From positions 1-64,000 of the forward strand of contig VRVR01000055.1 in assembly GCA_009859145.1 (NCBI GenBank): 64,000 nt of DNA. The letters are read 5' to 3'. The DNA is from Andalucia godoyi And28. Its lineage: Eukaryota; Protista; Jakobida. Both the position numbers and the translations under genes were made by a program. The notes below the pieces were generated by a model. It was not told where the DNA came from. It saw only the letters and a list, made by a program, of their open reading frames with translations, and did no database searches. Below, in pieces: positions 1 to 8,913 of the stretch (the first letter of the stretch is position 1; each line of letters opens with the position of its first letter).

Positions 1-29
1 CGTGTTCAACTCTGGTAAGAAAATGTGGT
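1..29 (+). repeat. Left terminal inverted repeat of Harbinger A (partial)
   Basis: 29/29 inverted match to 3211-3239; TGGTA motifs recur subterminally (13-115). Confidence 0.92.
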
Positions 30-404
30 AAACCACCAAAAAGCCACTCAAGCGAATGCCTCAAGTTTACCAGACCGTATACCCTGCCCCGGACCCTGGT
101 AAATGGTATGGTAACGAGACCGTTTGGGGTTTTTGTTTCCAGAAATGGAATTTTTGGGCTTGAGACTGTGATGCTGGATTCCCGCCTTGGCGGAATTTCC
201 CTTTTTGGCGGCTGACTCCAGATAGAATTTCCATCTGCCAATTCGAATAGAAGCTACGTAAGAACGTAAATTGTGTAACGCTGCTTCTTGTCTGGTATTT
301 CGCAATATTTATCTGTCGCATAAATACAAAAGTCGTTTCTGAATCATAATCATCTCTCGGAGGACTCTGTGGTGGCTTATTCTTTTGCCGGTACGACTGT
401 GAGA

Positions 405-1541
405 ATGGAACCATCAAGTTTTGGAATTTCTCCAACAAATAGCAGCACCTCCAGTCTTTCCCCTGTGGAACGAAAAAGAGGGAGTGCTTGGACGGTAGAG
501 CAGCGATGTACACTGCTAAAACTCATTCGAAACTTCCAGGATCAGTTCGACGTTTTGCAGGAGAGTCCGGGGCGCCCGACTAACGCAGATGTTGTCACCT
601 CTGACGGGAAGACGGTAGTTTCGTCTTGGGTTTCTTTCTTTCGCCAAATCGAGCAGGTCTCTTCCGATATCAACTACATGTTTACCAATTTTCCGGACTG
701 CGTTTCACTCGCCACGCGTAACGCGGATTCTATGCGCCAGCAGTTTATGAAATTCATGCGTCCGCAATACCAGAAATGGATTCTTTTGTGGTGGGACACT
801 GGGAACATAGATCCAGATAATCCATCCCTGACCTTCGGCGACGCAATGATGATCGTACCCGACGACTATCGCCCCCCAGATCCAACTGCGTTTCCCGCAG
901 GACCCGAAAAGGAAGAGAAAGCCCAGGAGAAAGCCAGGTGGTTCAAAGGAAGAATTGCTGCGTATCGTCGGCAGTTTCCAACGTGGCAGTCCGACAGGAA
1001 GTGGTTAATGATAATGAAGCAGGTATGTCATGGTAAATGGACGTCTGGAATCGAGAACGCTTCCACATCTGGAACGCAGGAAGCATCCACTGCGTTGATG
1101 AATCGCATCCAAGCACACCGCAAACGGGTTGTGGGAGAATCATCATCCAGTGATCGCCCGGTGTTAGAGACTGCAGGAACAGTGCTTGCGGCTGCTCGAC
1201 GTGAAGAGAAATCAAAAAGGAAGCGGGAGGATGAAGAAGAAAAGTACAGGGGAGTGTGGGAATCATTCTTCAAGGCCAAAGCTGAGTACTCCAAGGCCGC
1301 CGCGGCCCCTTCGGTAGAAGAATGTCAGCGACAACAACTTCTAGAACTATCTCAAGCCCAAAGCAAACTCCAGGAGACGTTGAAAGAAGATCAGCACAAA
1401 TTCCAGACGGACATGCTGGAAAAGCAAGACAATTTGCAGTCAGCTCTTGCAAGGATTTTGGCCGAGTTAGACACACTCAAACGTGCAGTTCGGATGCAAG
1501 GTCTTTGCAATCCCGAAAATACATCTCCTGCAAGAGAGTAA
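405..1541 (+). CDS. Harbinger A accessory protein (Myb/SANT-like DNA-binding protein with C-terminal coiled coil)
   Basis: ORF 369-1541, first ATG at 405. W-T-x-E-Q motif (AWTVEQRCTLLKLI), charged coiled-coil tail, located inside the TIRs opposite the transposase as expected for PIF/Harbinger ORF1. Confidence 0.75.
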   Translation: MEPSSFGISPTNSSTSSLSPVERKRGSAWTVEQRCTLLKLIRNFQDQFDVLQESPGRPTNADVVTSDGKTVVSSWVSFFRQIEQVSSDINYMFTNFPDCVSLATRNADSMRQQFMKFMRPQYQKWILLWWDTGNIDPDNPSLTFGDAMMIVPDDYRPPDPTAFPAGPEKEEKAQEKARWFKGRIAAYRRQFPTWQSDRKWLMIMKQVCHGKWTSGIENASTSGTQEASTALMNRIQAHRKRVVGESSSSDRPVLETAGTVLAAARREEKSKRKREDEEEKYRGVWESFFKAKAEYSKAAAAPSVEECQRQQLLELSQAQSKLQETLKEDQHKFQTDMLEKQDNLQSALARILAELDTLKRAVRMQGLCNPENTSPARE

Positions 1542-1583
1542 AGAACACTTCTGTTCAATTAGGATCGCAGCAAAACAGAACAA

Positions 1584-2957
1584 TTAGATCCGATTTATCT
1601 CATAACTGCTCACCAAGCGGCGACGTACGTCTCGCATCTGCGATGTTGCACAAAGTTCAGTCAAAAGATTTCGCACTTTGTTTCCGATGGAATACTGCTC
1701 TCTTGCTTCTTGAGTGGTTTCAAACGGAAGTACCGATGGAAGGGTTCCCAGGCGGTTCGGAGAATCCGTGCCAACAGCCATCTCGTCGTGGATCGGAGCA
1801 CTTGGTGCTAAAACCAAACTATCCTGAAGTCGCTTGCAGATATTATGAATCACAATGCTTGCGCAAATGACACCTCGGAAGAGCTGAAGATCCCGAACAT
1901 CGCTTCGTTGCGACAAGATCCTGAATCGCTCCTTTAGTTCCCCTATAACGCGTTCTACAAGGCATCGCCGACTTGATATGAAGTCATTATACTTGATCCT
2001 GCTGTCCACATTTGGACCCTTTAATTCGTCAATGTCGAACGGGCACATGAGATATCCTCGACAAGGATACCCGGAATCCGCGAGGAGGTAAAAGCCATTC
2101 GCTACCATTTCATTCCTGTGAGCGAAAGCCGACATGGCATGATACGCATTTGTGTCATGTATGGCTCCGGGATATCCGTACAACGCTTGAGTGATTGTTC
2201 CGTGAGCATCAATGATCAGTTGCGCTCCAACACACCATTTGTCCTTATGGTGATAATAGCGCTTTGCTTCGGGCTCATATTGCCGCGAAGGCTTGCGAAT
2301 CTTGAACATCGTTCCATCAATGATTCCGACGCATCCGTCAAGGAAATGATACTCAGCGAAATCCATCGACATTTTTTCGTATTCTGTAAGAGTTTTCGGA
2401 AAACGAACGAACTTTTCTTCCAGCGATGATATCGCACATATTGTGCGTAGGTAAAATAACTTGATACTGGCCTTCGGAATCCCCCAGTATCGTTCCATTT
2501 GCCGGTATGTAATGTTATGTCTCATCTTGGATAATGTCAATAGCAGCTGTTTGTCGACTGGAAGCATGCGACTGCGGCCAACAAAATGCGAGAACGCAGA
2601 ATGCGAGGAGATGTGTTCAAGGATGTACATGAATGTCCCATATTCTACGCCAAATTCGTCTTTGAAGAGCACGTCCGCAGCACCGCTGCGTTCCAGATAC
2701 TCGTCCAAGGACAAATGATGGTGCACTCGATATGCTGGCCAGTTCGAGGAGTCCCTTCGCACCTGAATACGTCTCAGTTCAGTGGCATTCAGCGTTGCGA
2801 AGACAATGCACATGTCTTCATCAGAGTCATCCGTTGGAATTAACGTCTCTCCGGGCACCTCTTGTGGCTGAGCGGCGTCATCACCCCGCAACCCGGGGAC
2901 AACATATGCATTGCCAGCTTCGGAAACATCTGTCTCCTCGGGCTGTTGTGTGGTCAT
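1584..2957 (-). CDS. Harbinger/HARBI1-type DDE transposase (DDE_Tnp_4-like)
   Basis: Motifs GIIDGT, YPGAIHD, LLADSGY and RCLVERVIGELKERFRIL, with a preceding HTH-like segment. ORF is uninterrupted; first ATG at 2957 (track ORF to 3011). Confidence 0.95.
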   Translation of the reverse strand: MTTQQPEETDVSEAGNAYVVPGLRGDDAAQPQEVPGETLIPTDDSDEDMCIVFATLNATELRRIQVRRDSSNWPAYRVHHHLSLDEYLERSGAADVLFKDEFGVEYGTFMYILEHISSHSAFSHFVGRSRMLPVDKQLLLTLSKMRHNITYRQMERYWGIPKASIKLFYLRTICAISSLEEKFVRFPKTLTEYEKMSMDFAEYHFLDGCVGIIDGTMFKIRKPSRQYEPEAKRYYHHKDKWCVGAQLIIDAHGTITQALYGYPGAIHDTNAYHAMSAFAHRNEMVANGFYLLADSGYPCRGYLMCPFDIDELKGPNVDSRIKYNDFISSRRCLVERVIGELKERFRILSQRSDVRDLQLFRGVICASIVIHNICKRLQDSLVLAPSAPIHDEMAVGTDSPNRLGTLPSVLPFETTQEAREQYSIGNKVRNLLTELCATSQMRDVRRRLVSSYEINRI

Positions 2958-3210
2958 TACCGATGTTGAATTACACACTGATATGTCCTCTGATCTTGAG
3001 ATTGAAAGCACTTAAAAGCATCCGCCAAAAACTGAATGTCTGGCGGGCAAGCATTGGTCTGAGCTCAAGATCACAAGACGTGCTTCTACTGCGACGACAC
3101 GAAACGTCCAATTCGAAGTTTCTAATCCCAGCTGTCGTACTTCCGTGACCACTCGAATGTCCAAATTTCCAATTCGTGTTCAGCTGTTTTGTCTGGTCGT
3201 AGTGTTACCA

Positions 3211-3242
3211 ACCACATTTTCTTACCAGAGTTGAACACGCCC
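3211..3242 (-). repeat. Right terminal inverted repeat of Harbinger A
   Basis: accacattttcttaccagagttgaacacgccc; reads GGG.. from the outside, like element B. It is followed by aca (candidate TSD, partner outside the window). Confidence 0.88.
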
Positions 3243-3330
3243 ACAGTAAGTGACAATTGCGACAATTCACCGGGCTTGGGGGTACCACTCCTTGGCTCAT
3301 TTGACGCTTGAAAATGTCTCCTTTAACTCA
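3243..3330 (+). pseudogene. 88-bp remnant of the host LRR multi-TM receptor gene between the two Harbinger elements
   Basis: Translates to ...YHSLAHLTLENVSFNS and continues in frame after element B as TFPSFSYARYG. It aligns with the paralog segment YSLTSLKMKDSGLPSLFRSFSF (23.18-23.25 kb). Confidence 0.75.
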
Positions 3331-3374
3331 GGGTGCCCTCAAAAATAGAGTTCCCTAAACTGCAAACCCTAAAA
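3331..3374 (+). repeat. Left TIR of Harbinger B
   Basis: gggtgccctcaaaaatagagttccctaaactgcaaaccctaaaa; exact inverted copy at 6482-6525. Confidence 0.97.
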
Positions 3375-3484
3375 GATTTCCGGAAATGCGAGCAGATGTT
3401 TAGGAGGAAAGTTTTGGAAAAATGAGCGAAAATTTTCGCGTTCGCAATTCCTAAAAGTTTGCTTTCTAACTCGTGTCTCCGAAC

Positions 3485-4906
3485 ATGAATGTCTCTGACG
3501 TCGAAGATGAAGATTCCGATTATCCAGAACGGAGGATCCAACGGTTTTTCGATTTGTGTCGCATGTTTTTAACTTTAGAGTCCGTCATCGCAGAGGCCGC
3601 TAGAGAACGACGATATGTTGGTCCTGCAGGCAAGCTATTGTCCTACGTGGATATTGACGAATTCGTTTTCCGGGCATCTGATAAGCTGTTTCATAAAATG
3701 ATTCGGCTTGATAGAGAGCAGTTCGCGGGCTTGTGTTTGTATTTGCGGAATCACTTCGTTTTCTGTCATAGCACATCTGGTGTAGGTCGGAAGCAGAGGC
3801 CTGTTCATGTTCAACTGTTTGTTGTGCTGTGGCGTTTGGCTCACAATGCATCGTACAGCGAGGTCAGTTTCATTTTTCGCGTTGCGGAAGGCTCCATCAA
3901 AAATTACTCTGACAGAATTTGCAAAGCACTGGCACTCATGCACCAACAAGTGTCCAGGTTTCCACAAACTGTTGAACAAATGAAGTCTTCAGGATTGGCC
4001 TTCTTTGAATCTACTGTTTTGCCTGGCTGCATTGGTGTCATTGACGGAACACATATACCCATTCGTGCTCCACGGGAATGGGCTCCAGATTACTTCTGTT
4101 TCAAAAAGTACCACTCCTTGAACAACGTATGTGTCGTTGATGCGAGTCTTTGCTTTATTTATTCCCGGACTGGATTTCCTGGTGCAGCACATGACCAAGC
4201 AAATTTCGTGAACTCAGAATTATACGGCATGCGTTCCCTCATGAACGAAGCCGGGGTGTATATTCTCGGGGACACTGGCTATGCGTGTCGAGACTACATG
4301 TTATGCGGCTTCAAACAGCCACGAAATGGTAGTCTCACTTCTCGTCAAATACAGTTCAACACCAACCTCTCACGGGTGCGTGTTGTTGTGGAACGAGCTT
4401 TCGGTATTCTCAAAAGCAAGTGGAGGATTCTTCGACAACGTCTAGAAACAGATACCGTTTTTATGGCAATGCAGATCATCCTCGCGTGCTTTTTCTTGCA
4501 CAACTATCAAATTCAATGGGACGATGGTACTGGAAAGTTATTCTGTCCAGAATTGTTCTCATTCTCAGCCGACTCTTTTCAGGCCATTGAGAATTTGATA
4601 CCGCCTCCTGCATCAGGAGCTGCTGATTACGCCGATGATGAAGACGAAGAAGACGACATTGAAGAGTCGGAGGTGTCTTTGCATGTGTATGAAGACGAAA
4701 ATCTTTTGCTTAACGAGGACGAATACAATTTCGTGGCGTCGGTGCGTCAGATGGAGGGCAATGGAGCTGCCAGGGAAGTCTTCCCAGATAGGTTCGCCGA
4801 AACTTTGGAAGACATATCATTCTCTTCTAATGAAAAAGTTGAGAAACAAAAAGGTGAAATGCTCAGAAAATTCGTCGCATCACAAGTTTACAACCTATCC
4901 GTATAG
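3485..4906 (+). CDS. Harbinger/HARBI1-type DDE transposase
   Basis: Motifs GVIDGTH, FPGAAHD, ILGDTGY and RVVVERAFGILKSKWRIL; uninterrupted ORF (track 3473-4906, ATG at 3485). Confidence 0.95.
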   Translation: MNVSDVEDEDSDYPERRIQRFFDLCRMFLTLESVIAEAARERRYVGPAGKLLSYVDIDEFVFRASDKLFHKMIRLDREQFAGLCLYLRNHFVFCHSTSGVGRKQRPVHVQLFVVLWRLAHNASYSEVSFIFRVAEGSIKNYSDRICKALALMHQQVSRFPQTVEQMKSSGLAFFESTVLPGCIGVIDGTHIPIRAPREWAPDYFCFKKYHSLNNVCVVDASLCFIYSRTGFPGAAHDQANFVNSELYGMRSLMNEAGVYILGDTGYACRDYMLCGFKQPRNGSLTSRQIQFNTNLSRVRVVVERAFGILKSKWRILRQRLETDTVFMAMQIILACFFLHNYQIQWDDGTGKLFCPELFSFSADSFQAIENLIPPPASGAADYADDEDEEDDIEESEVSLHVYEDENLLLNEDEYNFVASVRQMEGNGAAREVFPDRFAETLEDISFSSNEKVEKQKGEMLRKFVASQVYNLSV

Positions 4907-4941
4907 CATGGAAGTATGCATATTGGATGAAACTGCGCAGA

Positions 4942-6288
4942 TCAGTGTCTCTTCAGTAATTCCAGAATAGACGACACCCCGTCTTTCAGGAAGGATAAAT
5001 CTCTTTGCATTTCGGAAACGTCTGCTTTCACCTCAGAAAGATCTGACTTCACTCCAGATACGTCCGTCTTCACAGCAGACACTTCGGATTTGAAAGCCCC
5101 CAATTCCGAGAACTCTTCCGACGTTATAACCTCCCCGAAGAGACGGTGCATTGATTGGGGACGACTCCAGCCGTTGGTAAAGGAGTCGAACGCGGCTTTT
5201 GCAGATTGATACATGTCAAGCTGAGACATTCGCAAATCCTTAGAACTGCAGCCAGACCTCGAGTGGGAAACGTTCTCTTTCTCGGAAGACGATCGATCTC
5301 CGTCGGACTGCGGGGAGCGACCGGATGAAACTGAAGCCATCAACGCACCTGGCAAAGATCTGCGACTTGCTTCTTTCACACTGTCAAACTCTCTTGGATT
5401 CATAGTTGACAAGGTATTCGTAGATGATGGTTGACGAGCGAAAATGATTTCAAACACAGAAAACATGGGAGAGACCGTCTGAATCCATTGGCGTGCGAGA
5501 GCGATCTCCTTGGATCTTGACCGTTTGGCCTGGCTGTTTCTCAAAATCAGGCGAAAGAACGACTCCTCCTCCAGGTACCATTCTTCAGGACCGATTTCGA
5601 GACTGTCGCAAACATTCCCGTTGCCGATGAGAACATCATCACCGGACTCATTCCCTGAGTCTTCCAAGATTACGCCGGAACAGTCCTCCGATCGTGGGGT
5701 ATCCTCTTCTAAGGTAAGGGCTCCAGAACCTGTGCGCGGTACCTTCTTGACAACGAAATCAAAGATCTGCTTTGCAAACACCGTCATTTTTTGCAGCACA
5801 GCGGGTGTGCGCTCCGCGGGAGGCTGATCAGAACGAACTTTGATCCAATCCGTCCGTTTGGATTCGAAAGACGGTCCGATCATCACCTCAAACAGATGCG
5901 GGACACTCACAATGTCCACTTGCGCTCCGCCAAACTTCACAAAAATTTTGCGTTTGACACTTCCGTCAGAGTTGCGCGCAGCACCATGGGGACGTTCGGC
6001 GTATACAGAGCGAACAGTTTCAGTATTTTCTTCAAAGACTGAAGCAAGACACTCGTAATCTGCGACAGACCACATTTTCTTCTTCCCGCGATTACCACCA
6101 ACTTGTTTTAGTTCACCCTGTTTCACGCGCTTGCTGGCATTGCTGCTGTTCTCAGAAAGAGGAGGACCTTTGCGTTTGCCAGACACAACAGCGACGGAAG
6201 GGTCTTTTGCACCAACCCCAACCGGAACTCCATTTGGAAGTTGGAACTCTGTAGAGAAACCAGTTCCTGTGTTTGAACCGCTTGCCAT
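4942..6288 (-). CDS. Harbinger B accessory protein (putative Myb/SANT-like, C-terminal heptad coiled coil)
   Basis: Inside the TIRs and convergent with the transposase. Contains MWSVADYECL (Trp-led helix), NLS-like basic patches and heptads (VKTDVSG VKSDLSE VKADVSE). First ATG at 6288. Confidence 0.7.
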   Translation of the reverse strand: MASGSNTGTGFSTEFQLPNGVPVGVGAKDPSVAVVSGKRKGPPLSENSSNASKRVKQGELKQVGGNRGKKKMWSVADYECLASVFEENTETVRSVYAERPHGAARNSDGSVKRKIFVKFGGAQVDIVSVPHLFEVMIGPSFESKRTDWIKVRSDQPPAERTPAVLQKMTVFAKQIFDFVVKKVPRTGSGALTLEEDTPRSEDCSGVILEDSGNESGDDVLIGNGNVCDSLEIGPEEWYLEEESFFRLILRNSQAKRSRSKEIALARQWIQTVSPMFSVFEIIFARQPSSTNTLSTMNPREFDSVKEASRRSLPGALMASVSSGRSPQSDGDRSSSEKENVSHSRSGCSSKDLRMSQLDMYQSAKAAFDSFTNGWSRPQSMHRLFGEVITSEEFSELGAFKSEVSAVKTDVSGVKSDLSEVKADVSEMQRDLSFLKDGVSSILELLKRH

Positions 6289-6481
6289 CCGATGAAGAAA
6301 CACGACCAATCAAGAAAAAGAAGAAAAAATGGAGGGAAAAAGTCAACACGCGCGGGAAAAAAAATTTAGGAAAAGTTTTTGGGGAAGGGGGTTTTTGGCC
6401 TTTTCTAAAGTGACACTCCTAAACGGATGGCTATCACTCACATCACATCAACGTTTCCTTTTATGACAAATTACCCGAAGT

Positions 6482-6525
6482 TTTTAGGGTTTGCAGTTTA
6501 GGGAACTCTATTTTTGAGGGCACCC
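6482..6525 (-). repeat. Right TIR of Harbinger B
   Basis: ttttagggtttgcagtttagggaactctatttttgagggcaccc, followed by TSD tca. Confidence 0.97.
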
Positions 6526-8352
6526 TCAACGTTCCCAAGCTTTTCGTATGCTCGTTATGGGTCCGTCAATGTCTTTTGTCCGGTTCCTCCACTGTCATTC
6601 TTCGATTTCCTTCCTTACCTCCCGGGCCTCGTATCGTTGGATGTGTCGTTGAATGATTTGTCCATTCACTTGGATTTCGTCTTATCGCTTTCTCTCTTGT
6701 CAAATTTCGACCTTCGTAACAATCTTCGTGCTCGGAGACGGTTATTGTCGTCTTCGAATCAACAACGGTTTTCCTTTGATGCTTCAACCACTTATCCATA
6801 TAGTGTCAATATGACGTACGTACAAGCAATTGTGGATGGCCATCTTCATTTCCAAGCAGATCCATCCTTCTTTGACTACGAGAACTGCGTGTGTCGACCG
6901 GGGTTCTATGGCAAACCACCGCATTGCCAGAATTGCATGGCGAATGCAGAATGTTCGTATCAAAATGAGGGGCAAATTCCGTTCGGAAACATGTCAACGG
7001 CGTACGCGCAGAGCGGAAATATCCTGGCGGATCCTGGCTATTATGCATCACCTCCGGTTTCCTGGCTGCAAATGATGAACAACGAATCATATCCAAAGTC
7101 AATTGAAATCTGTGCTCAGGCCGGTACCGATCTGACCCCCTGCCAGGCCACGCAAGACCGACCGTGCAAAGACGGATACGAGGGCAGGCTGTGTGCCGGT
7201 TGCTCCCCAGGAAACTTCCGGGCTGGCGAACGATGCTTTGAATGCCCGAGTTCCGAAGGTCTGGTCATCTTTGCAACCGTCGTTATTCTCATCGCTGTTT
7301 GTTTGTTGCTATGGTCGTTCTTCGTAGGGTCCTCCTCTTCTGGTCTCGTCAAGGTGATTCTGTTCTTTTGGCAGGCTCTGTTCTTCATCCACCCATCGAT
7401 GCCGCAGTCGTTGTATGTGTTCTCCAACAGCGTTTCGACCACCTCGATGCTCAGTCTTGCTGGGCCAGAGTGTTTTTTCAACAACTGGGACTACTACACG
7501 AACTACATTTTCACGGTGACTGCACCCATCTTTGCTGTCTTGATTGTGGGTCTGCTATGCATGGTTGGAATGGCCTGGATCTACCTCCGCAAGTTACCAA
7601 GAACGGTATGGAAGGCTTGGATTGACCGTTGTCGCCGGTCCGCAATTTTCCTGTACGTTTTCCTGTTCATGTCTGCGATCTCCACCGTTCTCGCTCCATT
7701 GGCGTGTGCAACGGATCCCGGGGACGGAAAGAAGTACATGCTGTTCTATCCCGATCAGCAGTGCCTACCGCTGATGCAAGCCGTGTCGTCGGGAGTCTTC
7801 TTGATCTATGCCTTCGCTGTTCCAAGCTGTCTTTCCTTCTTTGTGTGGCGCAGCGGCGTTCTCTCAAAGAGCGTGAAGGCCGACACGAGAAGGATGTATG
7901 TCTATTCGCTTCTCTTTGGATCCTACAAGGATGAACGACGATGGTGGGAGCTGGTGATCACCACTCGTCGAATTCTCTTTGTCGTCGCATATGTGACGAT
8001 CCCGCGACTGTCCGAGCACCGCACGATGCTGGTTGCAGGCGTTCTCGTGCTCGCTGCGATTGTGCAGTCCGTTGCATCACCGTATCGCCGGAATCTCGAA
8101 AATTCCGTCGAGATCACGTCCCTTGGTCTGCTGCTGGTGAATCTGGTCTGCTCGGTTCAATCACAAGTCCTTGGGGTGCAGGATGTTGATGGAGCTGGTA
8201 CAATTGTGTTTCTGTTGAATGTTTCGTTTTCGTTGACCGTTGTCAGCTTGCTCTTGTTCCAGTTTGGCTCCCGATTGCGCCATCAAAATACGCAGATATC
8301 GCTCGATGATCTTCAGGAACGGCTCCTGCAGACGGATGACGCCGAGCTTTGA
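6526..8352 (+). pseudogene. 3' part of an LRR/Cys-rich/multi-TM receptor gene disrupted by Harbinger insertions
   Basis: The ORF starts exactly at the TSD. It has final LRR-like units, a Cys-rich segment (CVCRPGFYG, CKDGYEGRLCAGC) and ~9 hydrophobic helices, and is colinear with paralog 23150-25027. Confidence 0.88.
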
Positions 8353-8913
8353 GACATCAGGATCCGGTTTTCCCCCAGCGTTCCGAGACAACGGAACGAG
8401 TGTAACGGACACCTTCTTTCCCAGAGGAACGGAGGACCAACAAAATTTCACGTGATGTCTTGGTTATGACTTTTGCGCTGTGCGTAGGCGGTATCACTGG
8501 TGACAAAGAAAGTCGTGTTCTCTTCGAAACGGAAACCGATTTGCTTCTCCGATTCAGAACAAACACAGATGTCCGTCAAGTTTGTGGTTCCACCGGGAGT
8601 TTCCCCTTTTATTCTGACGAATGACGTGTATCCCAGCAAAAAGAAACTCTCCCACCTTGTATGCCCTTATTTGGAAAGTAAATTTCCCTATTCTGCACGT
8701 GTTTGAAAGAACTGTTGTTTTTGAATTCGGATCGACGTCACCCGACGTGGATGATCAGTTTGCGGAGCAGATTTTCGCAGGGTTGGAAATGATTTTGGTT
8801 ATTTGATTACTTTTCCAAATTGGCATCTGTTTTCATACAATCCAATGTTTTTCAAGCATTGTTAACGACCGAGGTCAATTGGTGTTCCTTAATTCCGTGT
8901 TTGTTTCCCTCAA

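Larger units (their letters stand above)
1..3242. mobile_element. PIF/Harbinger DNA transposon A (left end clipped by window edge)
   Basis: Bases 1-29 (cgtgttcaactctggtaagaaaatgtggt) are the exact reverse complement of 3211-3239. The right copy continues to ccc at 3242, so the element probably starts ~3 nt before the window. It encloses a convergent Myb/SANT-like ORF and a Harbinger DDE transposase. Confidence 0.93.
3331..6525. mobile_element. PIF/Harbinger DNA transposon B, complete, 3195 bp, TSD TCA
   Basis: Perfect 44-bp TIRs (3331-3374 / 6482-6525) and 3-bp direct repeat tca at 3328-3330 and 6526-6528. It encloses a transposase and a convergent partner ORF. Confidence 0.97.
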
